Assembly: GCF_006345805.1 (NCBI RefSeq)
Contig: NC_043001.1
Coordinates: 88,908,001 to 88,972,000, forward strand
Length of the DNA stretch: 64,000 bases
Direction: 5' to 3'
Source: Octopus sinensis
Taxonomy: Eukaryota
The translations under genes and the position numbers were made by a program. Every line of letters begins with the position of its first letter. Position 1 is the stretch's first letter. Positions 12,650-26,190 of this stretch are shown here, in pieces. The notes below the pieces were generated by a model. It was given only the letters and a program-made list of their open reading frames with translations, made no database searches and had not been told where the DNA came from.

Positions 12650-13020
12650 TGTAGGAGTGGCTGTGTGGCAAGTAGCTTGCTTACCAACCACGTGGTTCCG
12701 GGTTCACTCCCACTTTGTGACACCTTGGGCAAGTGTCTTCTACTATAGCCTTAGGTCAACCAAAGCCTTGTGAGTAGATTTGGTAGATGGAAACTGAAAG
12801 AAGCCAGTCGTATATATGTGTGTGTGTTTGTCCCCCCAACATCGCTTGACAACCGATGGTGGTGTGTTTACGTTCCCGTAACTTAGCGGTTCGGCAAAAG
12901 AGAACGATAGAATAAGTATTAGTCTTACAATGAATAAATCCTGGGGTCGATTTGCTCGACTAAAGGCGGTACTCCAGCATGGCCACAGTCGAATGACTGA
13001 AACAAGTATAAGAGTAAGAG
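12650..13020 (+). mobile_element. Full-length CORE-type SINE (family A)
   Basis: aggagtggctgtgtgg A-box, ggttcactccc B-box, gacaccttgggcaagtgtctt CORE-like segment. Confidence 0.85.
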
Positions 13021-14165
13021 TATATTAAAAAAAGCCATTTCCTCATTACTATTTTATATCCATTTTATTTTTCTTGCTGATGTGGCTGGATTGGTGTATT
13101 TGTAGCAACTAATATGTTCTTAAGATACAAAAAAGCATAGAAGTTTGTTTTTGTTTTGTATAATTAGATAAACTGTAACAAGTGCATTCATCACGAGAGC
13201 AATACAGTGACTAATAATATACGAACTTATAACAATATTGCCAGCGGTCCAATTCATGAACCTTACAACTGTTGCTTCTCATCACTACCGTTTTGCCTCG
13301 TATTTCTCCGTCAGAGAGAAGTCGCTAGTATATTTTCAGACAGAATTTCCAGAACGGTTTGGTATTTGTTTGGCGGTAGTAAAATATGGCAATGTATGGT
13401 ACAAAGATACTCTATAATCCTGCAAAAGCTTTGAACACAACATCTATGCATAGTGTGTTTAGAATAAAAAGGAGTCATGCATTTCGCTGGATTGTCATTA
13501 AAGTTTAATAGACAGTAGCAACAAACTGACTGGTTCAAGTAACACACAACATTTTAGCCTGCATTTTTCCTCCGGTCGACAATGGAAAAATATGATTAGA
13601 TTAGATACAGTATAAATCTATTAAAGTTGTAACGAGTACTCAAGTATTACTTTGGCAAGCCAGCCTGAAGACAGGGGCGGTAACTCTAAATGACAAGTAT
13701 ACAAGGGTAGACTACTTATTTGATTAAACAAGGAAATGGTCTCGCATGTGATATAAATTAAGTGGGAATAAGTGAGAAAAATTGCAACGTTCTTTTCCCT
13801 TCTCTTACGTCTTTTTAAAAAATTATCTAAGAAATTATTGTTTTTGTTGTACTCACTTTAGAGACGCTATAAACTTTGTAGGAAGTTAGTAATACAGTCG
13901 ATGACATTAACCACACTACGTTACTAGTACTTATCGAGCCAATAAGAGAACCTCAGCATGGTCACACGGCCTACTAGAAATAGTAACCAAATCTCACCCC
14001 ATTTCTTTCCATCCTAAAAATGGACACGCTGGATATGTGTGTATGGATGTATATATTAATATTTAGCAGAAGCAACAAAGTAACTCAAGGTCCGTGAGTT
14101 TCGTGCATTGCTTTTAGTGAGATTTTGTTGCCATTTTTCAACTTTTATATATTTGTCTCTTTCAG

Positions 14166-14299
14166 TGATGATTCCACATGTATGAAACTTTGGCAGTATG
14201 TTTTGTGGATTGACACATGGAAAAAAGGAATCTTTTACATTCTTCTTTGCTGGCCCAGTTTTTTACATTTACAAAATCCTTATCTTGGTATTTTAGCAG
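14166..14299 (+). CDS. TMEM72: TMEM72-like exon
   Basis: tttgtctctttcag|...|gtaagt; 134 nt, phase 2 to 1; DDSTCMKLWQYVLWIDTWKKGIFYILLCWPSFLHLQNPYLGILA(G), resembling [22 protein letters not shown] of TMEM72. Confidence 0.9.
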
Positions 14300-15195
14300 G
14301 TAAGTCTCTTTATTCTTACTGCAGTTTTTCTTTTATTCCTTCTACTTTAACTTTTGTTTTATCTACTGTTGAGTAACAGATATGTAGTTATGAGAATGAC
14401 AGTCTATACACTGTTTGATTGGGTGAGTAGGTAAGGGACAGACAAATGGAAGAAAGGATTAGTGTCAGGTGTTGGTAAGAAAAAGAGAGACAGAGAAACT
14501 AGAGTGATGTTGGTTGTGTAGAAGAGATCCACTGCTATTGTATATTATAAGGAAAGTATATGCTGAATACGGGAGAGGAAAGTAACATAAAAGAGAGAAA
14601 TAGATGAAGGTGATAAAGAATCCAAAGAGAGTCAGTAGAAGAAAGAATAAGTTTTGGAGTTAATGGAGGTTGGTGAGAGAGAGTTAAGAGAAGCTGTGGG
14701 GAGAGTAGAGTGAGAGAAATAAGGCAGAGAACAGAGGAGGGTTGGATGAATGCAATGAAAGCAGTGGTCGAAAGAGAGCCTGGATGGTACATAGGCATGG
14801 GAAGTGGGTATAAATGCAAGGAAAGCATCTTAGACAGGGATTCTGTGAAAATACTGTGAAGAGAGAGAAAAGTTGGCAGGTATCAGAGGTTGTGGGGAGA
14901 GATAAGAAACTAGAAGGTACCATAGAGGTGGGAAAGAGAGTGATATAAATTATTATTAAGTGGTGAGCTGGCAGAATCATTTAAGTTTTGGGGAAAATGC
15001 CTTGTGTTATTTCTTCCAGTTCTTAACGTTGCTTGAGTCAACTTTGCCTTTCATCCTTTTAGGGTCAATAAAATACAATAAAAAAATCAAGTGTCAGAAT
15101 CAATGGTATACACTTGCCCCACACCTTAAAATGACAAGCCTTGTGCCAAAATTTAAAACGTTATTTTTACATTTTTCTATTCTTTTCTTTGCTAG

Positions 15196-15298
15196 GTGTT
15201 ATGCTTCTTATATGTGCCATTTTATACATTACAAGAACATTTGAAACTTGGCCTGTACGAGAGTCTGAGAAAACTGAAGAGACTGACACATATGACAG
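15196..15298 (+). CDS. TMEM72: TMEM72-like exon
   Basis: ttcttttctttgctag|...|gtaaat; 103 nt, phase 1 to 2; VMLLICAILYITRTFETWPVRESEKTEETDTYD(R). Confidence 0.85.
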
Positions 15299-15399
15299 GT
15301 AAATTGGGGTTTTTATTTTTGTTTTATTTTTCCAATTCTCTTTGGAGATCAGTTAATTTTATAATACCTTTTGAGCATGGTTGTTGCCAGAACCACCTG

Positions 15400-15595
15400 A
15401 CTGGCCCACTTAATAATGGCATGAAAAAAGCACCCACTACACTCTTGGAGTGGTTGGTGTTAGGAAGGGCGTCAGGCTGTAGAAACTTTGCCAGATCAGA
15501 TTGAGCCTGGTGCAGCCTCTAGCTCACCAGTCCTCAGTCAAACCGTCCAACCCATGCCAGCATGGAAAGCAGACATTAAACGATGATGATGATGA
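15400..15595 (+). mobile_element. Family E (RTE 3'-tail) copy
   Basis: ttaggaagggcgtcaggctgtagaaac...catggaaagcagacattaaacgatgatgatg. Confidence 0.75.
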
Positions 15596-15659
15596 GCTCA
15601 GTCAATCCTGGTCCTCTCAGAATGTGTGGACCATGTGCCAACTTTACATACAGGAATCA

Positions 15660-15960
15660 TGTATGTAGCGGTTAGCGATTTCTTTATGCTTATTTATTAC
15701 CTCTGCTTTAGCGACAGCGGAAGTATTGTTTTCCGTTGTGTTTGTTTGTTTATTTATCCCTGGACAAGATATCTCAAGAACCGCTGGGTGGAATTGGATG
15801 AAACTTTCAGGGATGTTTGGCCTCATGACTGGCAGGAACTGATTAGATTTTGAGATCAATCTGGTACAAGGATTTTTGAGAGTGATTGGGTTCATTTTTA
15901 GTATTCTCATTTGTGAAAGCACTCAAATTTATTTCAGATATTCTCATTTTAAAAATCATC
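15660..15960. mobile_element. Non-autonomous Helitron/Helentron-like (HINE-like) fragment
   Basis: tgtttgtttgttt...gacaagatatctcaagaaccgctgggtggaattggatgaaactttcagg resembles this class; weak family assignment. Confidence 0.35.
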
Positions 15961-16373
15961 TCCTGCTATTGCTAGCTTTGATAGTGTAAGGTGATGGGAG
16001 ACTGGATCTGGCTGTTTTAAACATAAAACAAGTAGAATATTTGGGTGAGATACGGCTGGTTTAAATGCCAAAGGGTTAAAAGACTGCAAGGAAGTTTCCT
16101 GACTTCTTTTGTAGTTAAAACAATATAGAGAGGGTTAGGTTGGTTTTACTACCATTCTTCCTTGGTTCCTGATTATTCTTGATTTGTGTAATCTCTCTTT
16201 TAAAGACAGTATGGATTTTCTTTTGAAAGTGAGAGACAATACAATATAAAAATAACATCCAAAAGCAGGACCAACAAATAGCAATGAATCAGAAAAATTG
16301 TGACTTTTTGTTTCTGAAAATAAGTTTTACCAATTCTCATGCATTATCTCCCTTTCAAGTGTGACCTTATTTA

Positions 16374-16530
<157 letters not shown>

Positions 16531-17035
16531 CCATGGCCATTAAGCTAATGAGAATCCTTTATGCACTTACCTTATTCTGTTAAAACTAACAATCAAATTT
16601 TCTTTAGATTATTCTCTACCATCATCAAAAAAAAAGAAGGTGGTTTCTTATGTTTGTATTGCTACGTTTAATCCTTTAGTGATCAGATAACTCTATCAAA
16701 TGTAATGTTTATTTATTCATATTGTTTTGAATTAATCATGCAATATCTCATAGCTTTGATATTTCAATGACATGCTTGTTTATTTTTAAACTGACATCGA
16801 TATACATTGCCAAAGATAGGATTTTCATGGTGAATATGCCTTTGACCATAGTTCTTGGTTATGGCACATCTGAGTTTAAGAATAACAACACAACCACCAC
16901 CACTACCATCACTATCCCTCAACTGCCACTACCACTAGTACTCAACCTTGACAACACTGCTCTTTCTTTCTCTATCTATATATCTCTTTCGCTCTCACAA
17001 CAGTCACCTCATCCAGATTCTTTCTATTTCTACAG

Positions 17036-17141
17036 GTTTCCAGAAATCCATGATGTATTGGAAGACAATATCATTAACCCTCCTGGGCCCAACACCATCA
17101 TGTTGAACATAGCTGACCAGAATGAAATCATCCAAGTGTAG
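17036..17141 (+). CDS. TMEM72: TMEM72-like terminal coding exon
   Basis: ttctttctatttctacag|G TTT CCA...GTG TAG; phase 2 matches the previous exon; FPEIHDVLEDNIINPPGPNTIMLNIADQNEIIQV*. Confidence 0.78.
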
Positions 17142-17687
17142 CCACTCCACTCCTTACTTTGTCATGGAAGTGGTCCTAGGGTACAGATGGCTTCAGTCAG
17201 TCAATGATTGAAATTTAACCACAAATAATAGTGGTTGGTGTGCCGTGTCCACTTTTGTAATGGGAGAAACAGGGGACAGGCAACACAATATTTCTGTCTT
17301 TCATCGTAAATGTGTGTGTGTGTGTATGCTTGTGTATGTGTGTGCAGATCCATAGATATGTATATGTATAGAAAATATATATATATATATACACACATAC
17401 ACATATAGCTGCGTAAATAAATACATGTGTGTTTATATATATATATATAACATGTACATATGCACACATATATACACATGCATACACACACACACACACA
17501 CACATGTATATATACGCACACAACTATGTATGTGTATACGTGAATATGTATGTATTTATTTATTCATGTGTATATATGTATATACGCACATATATTTATG
17601 TATATATGTATACATGTATATTCATGTATATATGTGTGTGTGTATGTACACAGATACATATAGCTGGTTATATATATATCTTTCTCT

Positions 17688-17726
<39 letters not shown>

Positions 17727-17727
17727 G

Positions 17728-17774
<47 letters not shown>

Positions 17775-18157
17775 CCTCTCGTGATCTCTTTATTTCTCCT
17801 TTTTCTTCTGCCTTTCTCTCTTACTTTCATTTTCTCTTTTTTTCTTTCTAATTAGTTTGTTTTTCCTCTATACTTTATCAAATATCACACATTTATTTAA
17901 TTATTTATTTACCCGTTCATTTTTAGATGATGATGTAGTTGGTTATTACCATCAATATTGACTCCCTTTCCTATTTGATTGAAATTTGGTGTTTTGTGAG
18001 CTTAGTATATGAAAGCCTGAAATAACTATTCTTAACCTTTTGCATTCTTGATTATCATGTTATACAGTGTTCAAAATAATTCTACTTACTGTGTTAACTG
18101 TTATGTGTATGTGTGTATATATATATATAGTACAATTTTATTCACTGGTGTGGTAAG

Positions 18158-18217
18158 AGCCCTGATGAGCATTAAGATGTGTAAGCATCAAAATGTGAAA
18201 TCATCGATGATCTGGCT
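18158..18217 (+). ncRNA. Type-I hammerhead ribozyme, intact core
   Basis: agcc-CTGATGA(18162-68)-gcatt aa gatgt GTAA gcatc aa aatgt-GAAA(18197-200)-TCATCGATGA-TC(18211-12)-t ggct. Confidence 0.75.
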
Positions 18218-18357
18218 ATATGTAGCCTTCCTCCCTTGTCAGTCATTAAGATAGTGCTTTCTGTGGCTATTGACTTGTTTTGACTCTTATTTCTAGCAAT
18301 ACTGGTGCTGATTTGTGCCCTTTGTCACTTTGGTGACATATATATTTCTGCCTTTGC

Positions 18358-18665
18358 AGAGGCACAATGGCCTAGTGGTTAGGGCAGCAGACTCGCGGTC
18401 GGAGGATCGCAGTTTCGATTCCCAGACCGCGTTTATTGTGTGTGTTTATTGAGTGAAAACACCTAAAGCTCCACGAGGCTCTGGCAGGGGGTGGTGGCGA
18501 CCCCTGTTGTACTCTTTCGCCCCAACTTTCTCTCACTCCCTCTTTCTGTTTCCAGAGTAATGCTGCAATGCACTAGCATCCTGTCCAGCTAGGGGAAACA
18601 CATACGCCACAGAAACCGGGAAACCAGGCCCATGAGCCTAGCTAGGCTTGAAAAGGGCGCGTAAA
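18358..18665 (+). mobile_element. tRNA-headed SINE (family D)
   Basis: gaggcacaatggcctagtggttagggcagc...gtttcgattcccagac head. Confidence 0.8.
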
Positions 18666-18732
18666 TAAATAATATATTTCTGCCTTTATGTAATATATAT
18701 ATATGCATACACACACCCAGTGAATAAGATTA

Positions 18733-18766
<34 letters not shown>

Positions 18767-21197
18767 TCAGTTTGTCCAAATAAGTTACATAAGTTACAAA
18801 TAAAAGCATACTGAATATAAGTAATAGACCAGGTATATTTTTCATTATCATCAAACAGTATATTACTGATTACAGCATATGGTTGGTCAGAATGTTATTG
18901 TTGTTATTTGTGCCATATATTATCACTAAACAATATTCTTTGTAATGTAGATATTGCTTGAGAATACATACATACATATTTATAGTAGCAGGGAAGACCC
19001 ATCAACAACAGTGGGTAAAGAAGTATGCTTGAAGTATTTTAGAAACAAAATAGTAAAATGCTGACAAGGAAATATTTCACAGAAAATTCATCAGAACCAA
19101 TATCTTTGATAGTAATTAACCATTTTGTTGTCATGTTTTGGTTTTAATTATTTTTTAAAATAGGAATTTAGTTAAGTGGTTGTCATCATTAAAGCACTGG
19201 ATAAAATGCCTAGTGACATTTCATTAACTTCGTTACATTCTGAGGTCAAATTGCCTAGGTCAGCTTTGCTTTTCATCCTTTTAGGGTTGATAAAATAAGT
19301 ACCAGTTGGACAGTGGGGTCAATGTAATTGACTAATCCCCTGTCCATACAATAGCTGGAGCCGTGCCAAAATTTGAAACCATTATTAAGCTGTGTTTGAA
19401 AGATAAATTTTGATGGAAGGTTTTAATTTAGGTCACTTTTAAACAGAAAGTTTGTGTCCTAAAACAAGAGGTGGGTTTGTATCAAAAGAGTTAAAGTTAT
19501 ATAATGTCAGTTAATGTATTTTAAAATTCTTTGATTCCTTCTTTTAAAAAAAGATACCAAGAAAGTACTTTCTTCCTTGAATCCTTTTAGCTTGACACTT
19601 TTAAATTGTAACAATTCTTTCCTCTTGTACATACAATGTAATTTTTGTCCATGCCTAAATACTAGCTCTAACAACACATTAGCTAATGTCCTCCTAGATA
19701 CACTATGAAAAAAAAAGACAGAATGATTATTATTCAAGTGTCTTCTACTTTAGGCCTGCTCAGTTAGGGGTAGCATGGTGCTAAGCAACAACTAATGTTC
19801 CCTCTAACAAAGTTTTTTTCTCAAACTTCATTCAATGACTGCAATTGACTCTTTCAGTAATTTCAAATGTGAGACTTCTTTGAAATTGCTAGACTTTTCA
19901 GTTGAGTTGATCTAAAATACTTCTGAAAATTTGATTTTCTCCATTAGTACATCTGGTAGTGTCTGCTTCATCAATGAAATTGTTTTGTAGTACTTTCACA
20001 CCTTGTTTTCTTTCATTCCACAACACTCTTTTGAAACTAAGTTTCTTAAGACTTTATCAAATAAATGTACACACTTTGAATTTCATTGTGTTACATTCCT
20101 AATGTATAAGCCCTGTTAATCCCCATTAGTATAGTCAATTATATTTAACTCTTATACTATATTATTAGGGCCTATAATTAAATTTACATTTTGTGACATT
20201 TAAATATATATATGTGAGTTTGTATTTCACCAATTGTAAACAGACAGTATCATTTGCTTGCAATCCACTGCAAAATCACATCTGGGGTTGATGTAATAAA
20301 CTTATCCTCTCCCCTTAAAATTTCTAGCCTTGTGTTAAAATTTGAAATAATTGCTATTATTCAGACAACAAACTGGCAAAATTGTTAGCCCATAAGACAA
20401 AATGCTTAGCAGCATTACTTTCTGGCTTCATATTCTGAGTTCAGATGCTGCCAATGTTGACTTATTCTTCCATCCTTTCTGGGTTGATAAGACCATTGCA
20501 GTAATAAGACCATCATGTAATTAAGTAGCCCCTTTCCACCAAAATTTTAGACTTAGTGTCAATAATAGAAAGGATTATTATAATTAATATTATTATTTGG
20601 ATATTGGATAGTAGCAATAGCACAGTACCTGATTAAATGCATTGTAGCATTTAGTTACATTGTGTATAGAAATCCTGCTAGAATTGTTTGCCTTTTATCT
20701 ATCTGGACTCAATAAGACTCATTAAAATAAGTACCAATAATATTGAGAGAATCAAATCAGTCAATCCTAGTCCTTTCAGAATGTGTGGACCATGTGCCAA
20801 CTTTACATACGGAAATCATCGTTATTTATTATTTATATTTTTTTCTACTTCTCCAACATTTCATAAATATTTTCTTTTATAAAAATTGTTGTATATATAT
20901 TTTTTTTGGTTTTTTTTACCCTAAATTTCAATGCTTTCTTCATCATTTACACCAGTCTGTTTTACTGGAGTCATGATCCCTTTCCTGACTAACTATCCTT
21001 AACTAACATCATCTGCCTTACTCTTTTGAAAAGTTGTACCCAAACAAACTAGGCCTGTTTGTGATCCCTTACATTCTGTACCCTTTGTTATTTATTGGAA
21101 CCCTTACTGCCCACTTTCTGTCTCTTTCTCACCCTCTCTTTCCATATTGAAGATAAATAACAAAAATGAATTATTCTTTGTGTAATGTATTTATATA

Positions 21198-21248
<51 letters not shown>

Positions 21249-21529
21249 ATATATTAACATTATCTTAGATCTGTGTACTGTACATGTGTGTATGTATATG
21301 TATATACATATGTGTTATATATATATATGTATACACACACACACTACACACACATTTATGTTCATATATACATATTATGTATATTTATGTATTGTGTGTG
21401 TGTGTAATGTGTATGTATATGCACACATGCATATGCACATATATTATTTATATATATACATATGCATGTATAATGTGTGTGTGTGTATGTATATATATAT
21501 ATATATATGAATATGAGATTATGGCGCTC

Positions 21530-21860
21530 CCACATTCCTGAGCCAGCAACCCATATTGTCCCTGGATATGTTGCCCTGGCTTGTCTCTGGATCATGTCAG
21601 TAGGGTTGAGAAGATCTGTGAGGTACTGTGCAAGTCTTATTGGACCTAAAATTTTAGGTTGTGCAGTCACCAGCGAGGCAACTTTCTGATGCCCAGTCAA
21701 CAAGGAAGGTGCTGTGGTGAGCATGGAAACCGCTGGTATGAACACAGTGAAGAAAACCGCAGTGCAGTAACCTCATGCATGGGCATTGCTGGCATTTTGC
21801 ACAGGCAATGGTCAGTGATGGTCTTCCTCGGTCACAACTGAATAGCCATCATCATCATGT
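21530..21860 (+). mobile_element. Degenerate LINE 3' end (RTE-like) with (ATC)n tail
   Basis: GC-richer island; decayed DHVSR motif; ends aatagccatcatcatcatg. Confidence 0.45.
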
Positions 21861-21899
21861 ATTATGTATGTATGTGTATGTATATATACACACATTGAC

Positions 21900-22400
<501 letters not shown>

Positions 22401-22545
22401 TATGTAAGTATATAAAATAAAATTGCTCTCAAATGACTATGATCCTTACAGACAAATGTGTATCCAACAATTTAGTAGATCCCAACTTTAAAACTTCCGG
22501 GCCTCTTTCCTCTTCAGTACATTCAGAACATATATATATGTTCTG

Positions 22546-22596
<51 letters not shown>

Positions 22597-22611
22597 CTCT
22601 CTCTCTCTCTC

Positions 22612-22650
<39 letters not shown>

Positions 22651-23030
22651 AGCTGTATTCTCTCTGAAGAGGTTTATAAACACCTAAATCATTTTTCAGC
22701 AAATCTAGATATTTTCTGATACAAGGAGCATTCTGCTACTTAGTAAGTTACAGTGTATGCACATACACGCGCATGTGCATGCGTACACACAAACACACAC
22801 ATTGTTTTTGTTGATTTCTCTTTTATTGTTTTTTTATATATAAAAACAAAAATAGTAAAAAAAAACTATATGAACATAAATATGTATGTGTGGGTGGGTG
22901 CATGCTTACATGTGTAAAGATGTAATAGTGTGTGTGTGTATGTGAGCTGGTGTATATAATTTCTATGCACATATATACATATATTATAAATTTTTTACAT
23001 ACGCACACAAACATGTATGTGTGTATATAT

Positions 23031-23081
<51 letters not shown>

Positions 23082-23106
23082 CACACATGCACACACAAAC
23101 CTGCAA

Positions 23107-23161
<55 letters not shown>

Positions 23162-25069
23162 ATGGGCATTCACACTTTGATATATTTATATACATACACA
23201 CATTCTGACATATGTATGTGTATATATATTTGTGTTTCCCCTCCCCTTTTTTCCCATGTGCCTCTAACAGTTTATATTTACAAAGACACTGTATTTTTTA
23301 ACTATCTTTTACCAATCTGCCTCTACTGCAACTCTGCTCCATTTCTATTTTACCTCTACTGCATTTCTGCTCCATTTCTTGTATGTCTCTTCTGCATCTC
23401 TGCTCTATTTCCAGTATGTCTCTAAATTGTTTGTTTCAGCTTTGCTTCATTTTTACTTTATGTATTTACTGCCATGCTGCTCTGCTGTCCACTGCATCTT
23501 ATTTCCACATCTGCTCCTGTGTAGAAGCTGCAATTCCTTCATCAGTGTATCTCTCTATATATCTAATTTCTTTACTCTTTTGGCTGCTGTAGGGCTGCAG
23601 ATTTTCTGCTCTATTTCTATTCCATTTTCACTTCCATCTTACTCAGATACTCACACACATTCATAGATGCACATATTTACATACATACTTATACACACAC
23701 ACACATACACAAGCATGTGCATGGATCCCCTCATTTATGCATACAAGCATGCATACACACATTGGAGGATAATCTCTATTGTAATTATGAGATATTTATT
23801 TTATCATACAAATCTTATATCCTTAACAGAATCAGAAGCTAATTATCTTCTCAACTAAACACATCCCCACAATATATCCTATTGTCTTCTGAAACCTATT
23901 CAGCAAACCTAGTTGTATTGGTGGTTTCCCTAGCTGTACTGGTGATGTACCTAGTGGTAGTGATGATGTTCCTTGTTTTATCAGTGGTGTATTTAGCTGC
24001 AGCAATAACATACTTTTCTACACTATTGTGTAGTTCATGAACCTCTTGTTGTTCTACGCACTACTGCTAATGCACCTAACCTTGTTGGTTGTGTACTCTA
24101 TGTACATCATTCCACTGTAACTTCATATGTTTCAAAGCTTAATACTTCCTCCTTTAAGTTGAATTCACCAGCAATGGTTTCACTCTCCTCTTCTCCAGTC
24201 TAATTTACACATTTTAATTCTACTAAATGACTTATCTGTGGAAGAGAGCTGCAATCTTAACCACACTAAGTTTAAAAGTTGATCTAATCATATTTTAATT
24301 ATTCCTAACCCACCAGTCATTTCAACACTCAGCTCTGACTTACCCACTATCATTTCAACTACTACATCCTCCCTACTAACTAAGGTGAACTTTTTTTAGT
24401 TTCATACTTTTGATGTTGGTAAATGCAGGTTCTCAGCAGCCCACATCTCCTTTCAATTGTGGATTATGCACTCAAGTTGACACCTCCACTGAAGTGGAGA
24501 TTGGCTATCCACCATTGTTGATCTTACTGGAGAACATCTCTTCTCAGCTGTATGTACCCAGATTTGTTAAAATCACTAGATGACACCTCCACTCAGCTAT
24601 GTATTCAGTGTTGACTTCACTACAACACACCTTCACTCAAGTGGGTTACTTATGCTCAATCTCCTCACTAGATGATTCATCCTCTTCATTGAGTGTTATC
24701 CACATAAATGTCACCAGTCAGCCTTACCTCCACCAATTGCCCCATCTCATTCCATGAATTGTAAACCCTTTTCCGATTTCTTTTTTACCTCCAATTTGAT
24801 AAAGGTTGTCCACTTTCTCCCAGTATATACTATTGTGGCTTCTCTGCAGCCAAGATATTTCCATCGATCAAGAATCTCATCTCTTCTCTCTTTTTATCTG
24901 TCCTATACCACACTCTGACATAAATACACAACATATGTACACATTCACACACACACACACACACATACATATATGCTTGTATATATGTTTGTGTGTGTGT
25001 GCATGCATATATGTATGTATATATGTGTGTGTGTGTACATATATATACACATACAGACATGTATATGCA

Positions 25070-25105
<36 letters not shown>

Positions 25106-26023
25106 CACAGACGAGCATGCATACATACACACACACACACACACATGTATACATGTGTGTGTGTGTCTGTATTTCATAGCTGACATTTAATTACAGTGTT
25201 CCACAGACATATTAACTTTCTCTTCTCTTCCTCCAAGCCACCACAAAATCTCCACACTAATTCTTTAAATGAAGTTGAAAAAATTTTTTTAAATGAAAAC
25301 GAAAAAAACAAGCCTCTTTATTTTACATCGTATAAAAGGTTAAAATTTGGTTGTTAACTTTATTATTTTTACCAGTTTTTATTGTCTTTTCTCAGATTTT
25401 TTTTACCCCAATCTTTTTAGTTTTTGCCATCACGAAGACAATTTTCTGTTCAATTTTTAAACTTTTTTCCAATAAATAAATTAAAATAAATAAAAAATAA
25501 TAAAATATCTGAAATGCTGGTTGTTATTGTTTGTTTTATTATCTTTTTTTTTTGCATTTTAAGCATACTTATTGGGATACATAGGGTGCCATCATCATTG
25601 TTGCATCATTGTTTTAACATTAATTTTTCAATGCTTGTATGGGTCACATGAAATTGTTGCAGTACAGATGTCCTACAGCAGGATCCCTTTTCTGTCACCA
25701 ACCCTAATCTTTTTCTAAGCAAGGTAATATTTCCCCATGGTTGGACATGTTTTTGCAGAGAGTGACTCTCATTTACAACTATCACATGACATCAGGACTA
25801 GGCAACACACACACATACGTATATATAACAGTCTTCCTGCAGTTTACATCTAACATCCATTCATAAGGCTTAGGTTGCCCTGGGCTATAGTAGGAGACTC
25901 TTGCCCAAGGTATCATGCTGTGGGATTAAACCCAGAATTAATACTTCAATAATATTGTTTAATCCATGCTAGCATTGTAAAACAAACATAAAATGAACCA
26001 AAATGTATACATACAGTTAGATT

Positions 26024-26073
<50 letters not shown>

Positions 26074-26190
26074 ACCGACCAGGCTATCAGATGTTGCTAC
26101 ACATCACTGGTCACAATGCGCTTCGCATTGTTTTAACCTTCAAATGACCCCACCCCGCTGGCTAAGCGAGCAGGCCATATATATATATAT

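Noticed and set aside
12650-12720. tRNA-like A/B boxes at SINE heads
   Set aside because: No complete cloverleaf or anticodon arm; these are SINE promoters, not tRNA genes.
19500-20100. Short open stretches on the minus strand
   Set aside because: No recognisable motif, weak splice signals and early stops.
22655-22710. CUGAAGA-ggu...acc-UAAA
   Set aside because: GAAA is mutated and the downstream helices are missing.
23900-24800. Possible decayed LTR-retrotransposon gag/protease on the minus strand
   Set aside because: Only a vague knuckle-like resemblance, with many stops; not supportable.
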